From an uncultured Clostridia bacterium (GTDB taxonomy: Bacteria > Bacillota > Clostridia > Christensenellales > UBA1242), in assembly GCA_944377145.1 (NCBI GenBank), contig CALWEH010000007.1, forward strand, positions 91,099 through 155,098: a stretch of 64,000 nt of DNA, written 5' to 3'. Each line of letters opens with the position of its first letter. The stretch's first letter is position 1. Both the position numbers and the translations under genes were made by a program. Positions 26,638 through 35,177 of this stretch are shown in pieces. Below the pieces are notes generated by a model. That model was not told the origin of the DNA and made no database searches. It was given only the letters and a program-made list of their open reading frames with translations.

Positions 26638-28077
26638 ATGAAAAAGAAATTATTAAGTTTTATTTTTGCAATTTGTTTGATTATTCCTGCTATGTTTATG
26701 CTAAGTGCTTGCACAAAAGAAGATGAAAGGTATTTTGAAGTTAAGTATAACTTGAATGGAGGAATTAATAGCGAACAAAATATAACAACTATAAAAGAAG
26801 ATGAAGATTTTATTTTAAGCGAACCAACAAGAGAGGGGTTTGTATTTGATGGTTGGTATGAATCAAAAACATTTGATGGTAATGCAGTAATACAGATTGA
26901 TGATATTGAAACAAATGTTGAATTGTTTGCGAAATGGTCACTTCCACAAAACACTAACAACGAATATATAATTTCAAATGTCGATACTTTGATATATTTG
27001 AAAGACAATAAAGATTTGTGGGATAAAAACTTTTCCCTTTCCAATTCTATTGATTTGGGTGGAATAATATGGGAAGGAATAGGAGATAGTTATTATCAAG
27101 GTTCTATGTATAATAAAGGATTTTCCGGAACATTTAAAGGAAATGGTTACACAATTTCAAATTTTAAATTAGAAATAAAATCATATTCACCATTTGTAAT
27201 GGAACATTATTTAAACAATAGGTGTGGGTTCTTTAATTATATAGACGGGGGAAAGGTTTCAGGCTTAAATCTATTTAATGTTAACATAAAAGGAAATTAT
27301 CAATTTGGTAGATTTAATGATTTCTGGGAAGGTGTTGTTATAATTGGTTGTTTGGCTGGATATTGTGATGGGATTGTAGAAAATTGTGATGTTATTGCTA
27401 GTGAAATTGATTTAAACATATATTCTGATATATATAATAATTTCTCGATAGGTGGTTTAATAGGTGGTGCTACTGTTGAAGGTAACTCAATTAAAAACTG
27501 TAAAGCATATTGTGATATAAATATAGATATTGCATTACCAGGCGGATATTCAACAAGTAATATGGACTGTGCAGGACTAATTGGAGGAACGAATTCTTCT
27601 GATGGTACTATATCCAATTGTTGTTTTGTTGGAGATATTGTTTGTAACCAATATAGTGCATCAAATAATACTGAAATGCATGTTGCAGGATTGGTCGCCA
27701 AATCATGGAGTATAATGTTTGAAAATTGTTTTGCAATATCAAATATTTCAGTAGTGGCAAATAGTTATTCCAAAACATATGTTGGTGGAATAAATGCAAA
27801 CGGAAGCTCTGAAAATAGTGATAGATTAAATAATTGTTTTTCTAAGATGATGGTTGATTATAGAGGGGCTGAGGAGATTTTATATAATCTACAGATTGAA
27901 GAAGAAATAAATGATTATTCGTCAAACTACTATGTAGATGATGATAGTTTATTTATTATAAATGGTGTGGTTTATAAATCAGAGATAGAAGAACTTACAT
28001 CATATACAACAATTAAAAATAATCTTAAAACAATTTGGGAAGAAAGTGGCTGGAACTGGCACGAATATCCATATTAA
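26638..28077 (+). CDS. Surface lipoprotein with a Listeria-Bacteroides (Flg_new) repeat and GLUG-like repeats
   Basis: Signal peptide with lipobox MFMLSAC. YNLNGG..LSEPTREGFVFDGWY..FAKW matches the Listeria-Bacteroides repeat. Reiterated GGLIGG / AGLIGG / AGLVA motifs resemble GLUG. RBS GGAG lies 6 nt before the ATG. Confidence 0.8.
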   Translation: MKKKLLSFIFAICLIIPAMFMLSACTKEDERYFEVKYNLNGGINSEQNITTIKEDEDFILSEPTREGFVFDGWYESKTFDGNAVIQIDDIETNVELFAKWSLPQNTNNEYIISNVDTLIYLKDNKDLWDKNFSLSNSIDLGGIIWEGIGDSYYQGSMYNKGFSGTFKGNGYTISNFKLEIKSYSPFVMEHYLNNRCGFFNYIDGGKVSGLNLFNVNIKGNYQFGRFNDFWEGVVIIGCLAGYCDGIVENCDVIASEIDLNIYSDIYNNFSIGGLIGGATVEGNSIKNCKAYCDINIDIALPGGYSTSNMDCAGLIGGTNSSDGTISNCCFVGDIVCNQYSASNNTEMHVAGLVAKSWSIMFENCFAISNISVVANSYSKTYVGGINANGSSENSDRLNNCFSKMMVDYRGAEEILYNLQIEEEINDYSSNYYVDDDSLFIINGVVYKSEIEELTSYTTIKNNLKTIWEESGWNWHEYPY

Positions 28078-28091
28078 CATTTAAATAAAAT

Positions 28092-28120
28092 AAAAAGAGA
28101 GCTCTAAACTCTCTTTTTTT
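28092..28120. terminator. Bidirectional terminator between the lipoprotein gene and the intact permease gene
   Basis: A-run-AGAGAG-loop-CTCTCT-T7. Confidence 0.7.
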
Positions 28121-28127
28121 GTATATA

Positions 28128-28937
28128 TCATTGACCGCGGGATTTGCGGATGAATTTTTCAAGTAAAGCTACAGCAAAATACATTCCAGCTGCTAGTGTG
28201 CAAAGAATTACAACACTTGTCATAACAAGGTCAAGGTTAAATACTTGCCCACCATAGATTAGCAGATATCCTATACCAGCTTTACAAGCTAAATATTCAC
28301 CCATTATAGAGCCAATCCAGCTTAAACCTACATTAACTTTTAAAGTAGATATTAAATCAGGAATACTTGCAGGTAAAACTACTTTGAAAAATATTTGAAA
28401 ACGATTTGCACCAAGTGATTTTAACAAATTAATAAGATTTTTATCAGTATTTAAAAATGCTGTTAATACATTTAGTGTTGTTACTATCACAACAATTAAT
28501 ATTGCCATGGTTATAATAGCTTTACTTCCAACACCCATCCAAATTATAATAATTGGACCAAGTGCAATTTTAGGCAAGCTATTAAGAGTAACTATAAAAG
28601 GTTCTAAATATTTTCTTAAATATTCGCTTAACCATAATACAATAGCTAAAGCTATTCCTATTCCTGTAGCCAAAGCAAAAGCATATAAAGTTTCTTTTAA
28701 AGTTATAAATGCATGCATAAATAATTCTCCAGTAGAATACAACTGTTTAAGAGTATCCCAAATTCTGCTAGGAGAGGAGAAAAAGAATACATCTATAAAT
28801 CCTGTTTTTGCTCCAACTTCCCATATTACAAAAAATAGAATAAGAGTAATTATCTGTAATATTATTATGCTTGATGTTTTAAGTCTGTTTATAGTTAAGA
28901 ATTTCTTATGTTCTGCAGAATAATTATTTTTTTTCAT
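28128..28937 (-). CDS. ABC transporter permease (NitT/TauT family, BPD_transp_1)
   Basis: Six TM segments and an EAA-like loop region. I prefer the start at MKKNNY (28937), which overlaps the ATPase stop; the ORF-track start at 29000 was rejected. Confidence 0.85.
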   Translation of the reverse strand: MKKNNYSAEHKKFLTINRLKTSSIIILQIITLILFFVIWEVGAKTGFIDVFFFSSPSRIWDTLKQLYSTGELFMHAFITLKETLYAFALATGIGIALAIVLWLSEYLRKYLEPFIVTLNSLPKIALGPIIIIWMGVGSKAIITMAILIVVIVTTLNVLTAFLNTDKNLINLLKSLGANRFQIFFKVVLPASIPDLISTLKVNVGLSWIGSIMGEYLACKAGIGYLLIYGGQVFNLDLVMTSVVILCTLAAGMYFAVALLEKFIRKSRGQ

Positions 28938-29691
28938 TTTGTATTTCTCCCCAAAGTTGATTAAATAAAGTTTCTGCTTCGGGCAAATTTCTTTTTTCAA
29001 AAGGTTTTAAATTTTTATCAAATTTTAATACATATACAGCTTTTAGCTTTGCAGGGCGGGAGGATAATACAAATATTTTATCTGACATGCTTATAGCTTC
29101 TTGTAAATCATGAGTAACTAATATAGCTGTCTTTTTTTCTTGTTTTATAATATTTGCTACATCATCACATACGCTTAAACGAGTTTGATAATCAAGAGCA
29201 GAGAATGGCTCATCTAATAATAAAATAGATGGATTTAAAGCTAAAGTTCTAATAAGTGCTACTCTTTGTCTCATTCCGCCAGACAATTCGTCAGGGCGTT
29301 TTTTCTTAAATTCTCCCAAGCCGTATTTATTTAATAATTTCATTGCTTTTTCACGATTTTCTTTAGTATTTTTGCCTTGAATTTCAAGTCCTAAAAATAT
29401 ATTTTTTTCAATATTGCGCCATGGCAATAAATTGTCTTTTTGAAACATATAGCCACATTGAGGCTTACGAGGATTTGGCGTACTACCATCAATTAAAACA
29501 GTTCCACTGCTAGGTTTTAATAGTCCTGAAATTAAGGATAAAATAGTTGTTTTTCCGCATCCGGAAGGGCCAATTATAGATACAAATTCACCCTTCAAAA
29601 TGTCAAAACTAATATCGTCAATAGCAAGAGTTTCACATTGCATACTATGATAAGTTAAACTTAAATTGCGTATTTCAATAACTTTATCCAT
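28924..29691 (-). CDS. ABC transporter ATP-binding protein (NitT/TauT family)
   Basis: Walker A GPSGCGKTT, signature LSGGMRQR, Walker B LLLDEPFSALD. Confidence 0.92.
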   Translation of the reverse strand: MDKVIEIRNLSLTYHSMQCETLAIDDISFDILKGEFVSIIGPSGCGKTTILSLISGLLKPSSGTVLIDGSTPNPRKPQCGYMFQKDNLLPWRNIEKNIFLGLEIQGKNTKENREKAMKLLNKYGLGEFKKKRPDELSGGMRQRVALIRTLALNPSILLLDEPFSALDYQTRLSVCDDVANIIKQEKKTAILVTHDLQEAISMSDKIFVLSSRPAKLKAVYVLKFDKNLKPFEKRNLPEAETLFNQLWGEIQNEKK

Positions 29692-29704
29692 TGTATGCTA
29701 CCTT

Positions 29705-30718
29705 TTAAACATTGCTTGCAAAAGTAGTGTTTACAGCGTCTGTATAAGCTACACGATTAGTTAACTCACCAGCATGCTCCATAATATCTTGAAGTTTGTT
29801 CCAAGCACTTTCTTGAAGAACAAAATCGCTTGCGTAAGCACCAATTTCAATGTAATTTCTTACAGCAGATACAATCAATTCATCACTAGTTGTGTTAAAA
29901 GATGGTTTTAAAGCAGAAATTAATTGAGAATCTGTTGCAATCATTAAATAGTCATAACCTTTTTGTAAAGCTCGCATAAATTTTTCAATTTTTTCAGGGC
30001 TGTTTTTCAAAAATGAGCTTGTTGCAGTAAATACGGTATAAGGAATGTTAGACACTTCTTCTCCAAACGCCGCCACAATTTTACCTGTGCCATCAAGTTC
30101 ACATTGACTAGCATTAGGTTCAAACATTGAGCAATAATCTCCAGTTCCTCCTACAAAAGTAGGAACAGTTAAGTTAAAGGCAACAGATAGATCTAAAATA
30201 GTATCCACACCTTCTCCTAATTCATCGCCAGTTTTTAATCCATATATTTCTTCTAAAATGTATTGAAGAGTCATGGCTGGCATTCCGCCTCGGCGTCCTG
30301 CAATAATGTGCTTGCCTTTTAAGCTTTCATAACTAAAAGTTCCTGTATTTTCTTCAGGTCTTCCTACTAAGAATGAACCGTCACATGCAGTAAGCTGAGC
30401 AAATATGACTGGAGCATTTTGCATTCCTTGATTACGCACGTATATCATTCCTTCAGGACCAAGTAGACCAATATCAGCACTTTTACTTGTAAGAGCAGTT
30501 GTAACAGTATCACTTCCTCCAGCATTTGTAAGTTCGATTTCAATGCCTTCTTCCTCAAAATAGCCATTGTTCATTGCTATATAAAGTGGGGCGTAGAACA
30601 GACTATGTGTAACTTCACTTACACGAATTACATTTGAGTCTTTATCTTTTCCACAAGCTGTTAACATCACTGAGAACAAGGATATTACTACAACTAATAA
30701 AATTGTAAGTTTTTTCAT
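29705..30718 (-). CDS. ABC transporter substrate-binding lipoprotein (NMT1/THI5-like)
   Basis: Lipobox LTAC, size and pattern typical of NMT1-type binding proteins, and first position in the operon. The substrate is unknown. Confidence 0.75.
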   Translation of the reverse strand: MKKLTILLVVVISLFSVMLTACGKDKDSNVIRVSEVTHSLFYAPLYIAMNNGYFEEEGIEIELTNAGGSDTVTTALTSKSADIGLLGPEGMIYVRNQGMQNAPVIFAQLTACDGSFLVGRPEENTGTFSYESLKGKHIIAGRRGGMPAMTLQYILEEIYGLKTGDELGEGVDTILDLSVAFNLTVPTFVGGTGDYCSMFEPNASQCELDGTGKIVAAFGEEVSNIPYTVFTATSSFLKNSPEKIEKFMRALQKGYDYLMIATDSQLISALKPSFNTTSDELIVSAVRNYIEIGAYASDFVLQESAWNKLQDIMEHAGELTNRVAYTDAVNTTFASNV

Positions 30719-30919
30719 TCAACCTCCTATACAATATAATACATTGTATGAATTATTGAAAAAAAAGTTCAAAGCTAATACTAGTTTGCAATAAAAAATA
30801 AATATTTTAGAATATATTGTAAAATTTGTACTATAAATAAAAAATTTTGTTAAAAAACTAATATTTGCTTGCTAAAATTTTAAATTTAGTATAATATACC
30901 TTTGTAAAGAGGTGTAGGT

Positions 30920-31486
30920 ATGATTAACGATATGCGTTATAAAGGTTTGTTTGCTGTAGAGTTAGCATTACTTCCTTTAATTATTTCTTTTAAACTTATT
31001 ATTGGCACATGGGCAGTTAGTATTCCTTTAATAATGCTAGCTGTATGTAGATGTATTATGATTTTTGTAAAAAATAGAGCAAGTTTATCAGATCACATTA
31101 TTCAGGTAGTAGGAGATACAGTTGTTTTAATGTTTTTAGCTATATATTTTACTTTTTTAGGATATATACCTTTATGGCTTTGTGTTATAGATTGTATTTT
31201 AGTACCATTATATGGGATATCTAATGTATATTTCTTTTCTAAGCCTATGCCAGATGTGGTAGAAGCTCTTGACTTTTGCTTTTTAGCATTTGTATTCACT
31301 TGTATAATATCTTTGAGTTTTGTTATGAAAATTGATGTTGTAGCAAAAGTGTCTTTTATAGCAATTATGTTAACTACCGCAATAGTGTTTATATATAAAC
31401 TATATAGATTTTTAAATTATTACATTATCAATCGAAAAAGCAAGTTTGCTAAAGAACATGAAAAAACAATGAAAGTAAAAAAATAA
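30920..31486 (+). CDS. Hypothetical integral membrane protein (5-6 TM)
   Basis: ORF with RBS AAGAGG and strongly hydrophobic segments. Confidence 0.55.
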   Translation: MINDMRYKGLFAVELALLPLIISFKLIIGTWAVSIPLIMLAVCRCIMIFVKNRASLSDHIIQVVGDTVVLMFLAIYFTFLGYIPLWLCVIDCILVPLYGISNVYFFSKPMPDVVEALDFCFLAFVFTCIISLSFVMKIDVVAKVSFIAIMLTTAIVFIYKLYRFLNYYIINRKSKFAKEHEKTMKVKK

Positions 31487-31568
31487 ATTATTGTAATGTT
31501 ATATTCCTATAAAATCACTATTGACAAACTTTGGACGATATGTTAAAATTAAGTCAAGGAGAGATATT

Positions 31569-31799
31569 ATGTTTATTTTAGGAGTTTCTTTCACAGAATT
31601 TATTCAAAAAACAAATGTTATTATTGGTATTATTCTTGCAATTATTGGTATTGCTTGTTGGTTATTGGCAGAAACTATTGCTAAAACAGTGAGAAAAACT
31701 GATCAAATTAAGTCAAACGATTCAATAGCCGTTGGATTTAAAGTTTGCGGGTTAGTAATATTATTGATAGGAATGGTATTAATTGCTTTACCTTTATAA
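31569..31799 (+). CDS. Small hypothetical membrane protein (76 aa, 2 TM)
   Basis: Promoter TTGACA-N17-TGTTAAAAT at 31521. RBS AAGGAGAG before ATG 31569. A terminator hairpin follows (AAAAGCTTCT..AGAAGCTTTTTTT). Confidence 0.55.
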   Translation: MFILGVSFTEFIQKTNVIIGIILAIIGIACWLLAETIAKTVRKTDQIKSNDSIAVGFKVCGLVILLIGMVLIALPL

Positions 31800-31894
31800 A
31801 AAGCTTCTTAATAGAAGCTTTTTTTATCTAATTTCTTTTGAATATTTAATAATTTATGATATATTATTTCATAATAGATATAAAAGGAGATATA

Positions 31895-32500
31895 ATGCAA
31901 CATTATTTTATTGAAAAAGAGCATAAAAATAGTGATTATTTTGAATTTGAAGATAGTGTGGCAGGGCTTAAATTAAAATTTAAATCTTGTGATAGCATAT
32001 TTAGTAAAAACAAGATAGATGAAGGAACAAGAACTTTATTGGAAACTGTTTTTAATAAATTGCAGTTAAATGGAAATGGGTTGGATTTAGGTTGCGGATA
32101 TGGAGTTGTAGGCATTAGTGTTATAAAAAAACTAGGGGTTGATTGTGATATGGTAGATATTAATCAAACAGCTGTAGAATTAACTATGCATAATCTGCTA
32201 TTAAATGGAATACGCAAAGGGGCAAAAGTGTTTAAATCTAATGGATTTGAAAATATACAAAATAAATATGATTTTATATTAACAAATCCACCAATAAAAA
32301 CAGGAAAAGTTCTATTGTTTGAGCTTATGGAGGGAGCATATAATCATTTAAATAATAATGGAAGCTTAACTCTTGTTATTAGAAAATCACATGGGGAAGA
32401 AAGTTTGAAGAAATATTTATTAGACTTATTTGGAAATTGCGAAATAATAAAAAGAAATAAAGGTTATTATATTTTGCATTGTATTAAACAAAATGTGTAA
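31895..32500 (+). CDS. Class I SAM-dependent methyltransferase (RsmC/YbxB-like small-domain MTase)
   Basis: SAM motif LDLGCGYGVVG and the NPPI motif (ILTNPPIK). RBS AAAGGAGA before ATG 31895. Confidence 0.75.
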   Translation: MQHYFIEKEHKNSDYFEFEDSVAGLKLKFKSCDSIFSKNKIDEGTRTLLETVFNKLQLNGNGLDLGCGYGVVGISVIKKLGVDCDMVDINQTAVELTMHNLLLNGIRKGAKVFKSNGFENIQNKYDFILTNPPIKTGKVLLFELMEGAYNHLNNNGSLTLVIRKSHGEESLKKYLLDLFGNCEIIKRNKGYYILHCIKQNV

Positions 32501-32503
32501 AAT

Positions 32504-32534
32504 AAAAAGCATCTTTAATATTAAAGGTGCTTTT
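32504..32534. terminator. Bidirectional terminator shared by the methyltransferase gene and a convergent small ORF
   Basis: A-run-GCATCTTTAA..TTAAAGGTGC-T4 hairpin. Confidence 0.65.
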
Positions 32535-32540
32535 ATTATT

Positions 32541-32645
32541 TTATATAACATTATTAGGGAAAGTAATAATTTCAATAGGTTGATTTAATCGAGAGATGAC
32601 TGTGCAGTTACAATTACCAATTCTATAAAAAAATCTGTAAATCAT
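32541..32645 (-). CDS. Candidate 34-aa small protein (MIYRFFYRIGNCNCTVISRLNQPIEIITFPNNVI)
   Basis: Not in the ORF track because it is under 60 aa. GGAGG lies 5 nt before ATG 32645 on the minus strand. The stop is 6 nt from the terminator hairpin. Confidence 0.35.
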   Translation of the reverse strand: MIYRFFYRIGNCNCTVISRLNQPIEIITFPNNVI

Positions 32646-32864
32646 ATTGTCCTCCTATGCCATACTATGCACAAAATGGTGATTTGTTAAATATAAACTT
32701 ATAAGAAAATTTAATATTTTTTTGTAAAATACAAAATATGCCAAAGTTTTTATGAGTATTTTCAATATTGTTGCATACGATATAGTAATGAATATTTTAA
32801 TATTTATTAAAAATAAAATTTCATCAAGATATTTTCTTGATTATAGTTATAAAAGGGGAATGTA

Positions 32865-33599
32865 ATGTGGGAATTTTCTCTCGCTTGTAATAATAAAAAT
32901 AGAAGCATAATTAATTATATAAATCAATGTTTTTGTCAAGATTTTCCAGATTGTATGTTAACTAGTTATAGTGATAGTCATTTTACATATTTATTGTTTG
33001 CAGGAGATGATGCTATTGAAAACATTTGTAAAGATAAAATAAAGCAATGTGTTATAACTTATATTATAGATGTATTTAAATACGATTATTTTTCAAAATT
33101 TATTTCAAATAAGCCAGATAGTCTTATTATGAAAGCATATATAAAGGCATTGACACTTTATGATGTAGAAACAGATATAATATTAATTAAACAAAGCATT
33201 AACTTAAATAGAATATTTTATTTAGATAGTTTTTTTAATTTTAGAATTGCAGATATTATACGCATGTGGAAAGAATTGTGTGAACTAATAAAAAGCAACA
33301 TAAATTATCTTAATAATGATATGATGATTGATATTATAAAAAGTTTTATTTCAACTTTTGCCAAAACTTCAGGCACTTTAAAAATTATTATCAAAAAGAA
33401 AAGCTTTGTTTTATATAAATTAAAAGATAATGCTCCTCCAATTAAATTAAAAGACAATATACCGGCTATAGATGTAATAAATTATGCTTTATTATCTAAT
33501 CCTGAACGAATTGAAATTTACGGTAGCAATACAGAGAGTGGTATGATGATAAATTTATTGAAATCTTTGTATAATGAAAAAGTTAAGATTGTTAATTAG
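32865..33599 (+). CDS. Hypothetical protein, possibly YtxC-like (sporulation-associated gene found upstream of thrS in Bacillus)
   Basis: ORF with RBS AAAGGGGAA. The assignment rests on size and neighbourhood to thrS only. Confidence 0.35.
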   Translation: MWEFSLACNNKNRSIINYINQCFCQDFPDCMLTSYSDSHFTYLLFAGDDAIENICKDKIKQCVITYIIDVFKYDYFSKFISNKPDSLIMKAYIKALTLYDVETDIILIKQSINLNRIFYLDSFFNFRIADIIRMWKELCELIKSNINYLNNDMMIDIIKSFISTFAKTSGTLKIIIKKKSFVLYKLKDNAPPIKLKDNIPAIDVINYALLSNPERIEIYGSNTESGMMINLLKSLYNEKVKIVN

Positions 33600-33649
33600 A
33601 TGTTTTACAAAATTTTAGTTGTATGCTACAATATTGACGGAGGATACTT

Positions 33650-34591
33650 ATGAAAAAAATGAAAGCAGCATTAAAGAAAAAACAGCGTGTTGCTGTAAAA
33701 TTTATGGCTGGGTTAACCCTAACTTTAATGGTTGCAACGGGATTGCTTGTTAAAGAAATAAATAATATAAAAGAAAGTGTTAAAGATAATTCTATTGAAA
33801 GTCAACTGATATTAAACAACTTTAATAATGAAAATTTAAATTTATCACAAGACCAAGATTTTAAAAGTTTAGAAGAATTAAGAAAAGTAAAATTACCAAC
33901 ATATACAGATATTGTTAATGGGGTAGAATGTTCTTTTGTTAAAGAAGAGGATTTAATAGAATATAGCAAGCAGATGAGTAAAGCTGTAGAGCAATATTTT
34001 AAATCTTGTGGAGCAACTAATTGGGCAAATGAAGAAAGTGAACAATTTTGGCCTGAAGATATTGAATATTTGGTAGTGGCTATTGCTTTTCAAGAAAGTA
34101 GTTATAGAACAGATTATATAAATGATGAAGGCTGTGGAGGGCTTCTTGGATTAAATAAAAAAGATGTGTTGAATACCATCAATAGTTGGGTTACAAATAA
34201 GGATATATGGGAAGATAAAATGCCTAATATTAACTGCAACTATAATGAAGTGGATTTATTTGATCCAGCTAAAAGTATAGAATATGCTTATTATTTAATG
34301 GGATATAAATTAGCTAATTTTTATAAAAATGATAAGCAATTTTATCACAATGGAGAATATAAAAATCTTTGGGAAAAATCAAAAGCTAATTATAGTGAAG
34401 AACTTCAAGAAGAATGGCTAACAGCAAGTTGGCTATTTGGAGATACAAATGTTATTAATTCTATATATGGAGTGCAACAAGAAGGGCATACTATAAATGA
34501 TTATTTAAATTCAAAATATGTAAAATCTATTAATGAAAAAAAAGAAGAATTAAAAAATATTTACGAAGTTCATGACGAATTGGGATATTAA
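33650..34591 (+). CDS. Membrane-anchored protein with a lytic-transglycosylase-like (SLT) motif
   Basis: N-terminal TM helix. AIAFQESSY..GGLLGL resembles the SLT catalytic Glu-Ser and GLMQ regions. Confidence 0.45.
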   Translation: MKKMKAALKKKQRVAVKFMAGLTLTLMVATGLLVKEINNIKESVKDNSIESQLILNNFNNENLNLSQDQDFKSLEELRKVKLPTYTDIVNGVECSFVKEEDLIEYSKQMSKAVEQYFKSCGATNWANEESEQFWPEDIEYLVVAIAFQESSYRTDYINDEGCGGLLGLNKKDVLNTINSWVTNKDIWEDKMPNINCNYNEVDLFDPAKSIEYAYYLMGYKLANFYKNDKQFYHNGEYKNLWEKSKANYSEELQEEWLTASWLFGDTNVINSIYGVQQEGHTINDYLNSKYVKSINEKKEELKNIYEVHDELGY

Positions 34592-34649
34592 ATATAAAAA
34601 CCATTAAAAAGCAGTTGACTTTTTAATTAAATAGTGTATAATAATATTA

Positions 34650-34875
34650 TCTTAATAAATCTTTGATTATAGACAAGTAGTTTGTTAATCCACTGTTACA
34701 GAGAGTTCCCTGCAGGCTGAGATTGGGGCATAGTATTAATAAATGAAACCACTATATGAGATTTGACTTTAGGCAACATGCCTTGTAAAAGTGAGTTGAA
34801 TTTATATATTCAGCTAAATAAGGTGGAACCGCGGAGTAATTTCGTCCTTATATATGTATAAGGGCGTTTTTTATT
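34650..34875 (+). promoter_or_regulatory. T-box riboswitch leader, threonine specifier (ACC)
   Basis: AGAGA box (ACAGAGAGTT). Specifier-loop GAAACCA with ACC at 34748-34750. T-box sequence AAGGTGGAACCGCGG at 34820-34834. Terminator CGTCCTTATA..TATAAGGGCG-T6 at 34843-34873. Confidence 0.85.
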
Positions 34876-34914
34876 TGATAAGATATAAAATTTAAAATAC
34901 AAAGGAGAAATAAT

Positions 34915-35160
34915 ATGCATTACACATATAACAATAAAGGTACATGTAGCGTTAAAATAGATTTTGATATAATTGACGGGAAAGTGTTTAATGTATCTTT
35001 TTTAGGCGGTTGTAATGGCAATTTAAAAGGAATATCTGCCTTAGTTGAAGGTATGACACCAGAAGAGATTATATCTAAATGCAAAGGAATAAAATGTGGG
35101 TTTAAACCTACTTCTTGCCCAGATCAACTTGCATCAGCATTAATGAAAGCAATAAAATAA
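34915..35160 (+). CDS. TSCPD-domain small Cys-rich protein (TIGR03905-like)
   Basis: 81 aa with GTCS..GGCNGN..CG.K.TSCPDQL motifs. It is the first ORF after the T-box, and thrS starts 18 nt later. Confidence 0.7.
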   Translation: MHYTYNNKGTCSVKIDFDIIDGKVFNVSFLGGCNGNLKGISALVEGMTPEEIISKCKGIKCGFKPTSCPDQLASALMKAIK

Positions 35161-35177
35161 ATTAAAGGAGAAATTTT

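Noticed and set aside
26601-27701. Minus-strand ORFs of 147 aa (26601-27044) and 133 aa (27300-27701)
   Set aside because: Both are antisense to the lipoprotein gene, which has a signal peptide, lipobox, RBS and recognisable repeats. The antisense translations have no features.
25958-28127. IS element, transposon or prophage remnant as the explanation for the insertion
   Set aside because: There is no transposase or integrase ORF, no terminal inverted repeats and no short target-site duplication. The 192-bp gene-derived direct repeats point to homologous recombination instead.
28507-28923. 138-aa plus-strand ORF
   Set aside because: It is antisense to the ABC permease gene and is a shadow ORF.
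30719-30919. Possible TPP or other riboswitch upstream of the NMT1/THI5-like binding-protein operon
   Set aside because: The region is almost pure A/T. It lacks the conserved CTGAGA/ACCTGA-type elements and any GC-supported helices.
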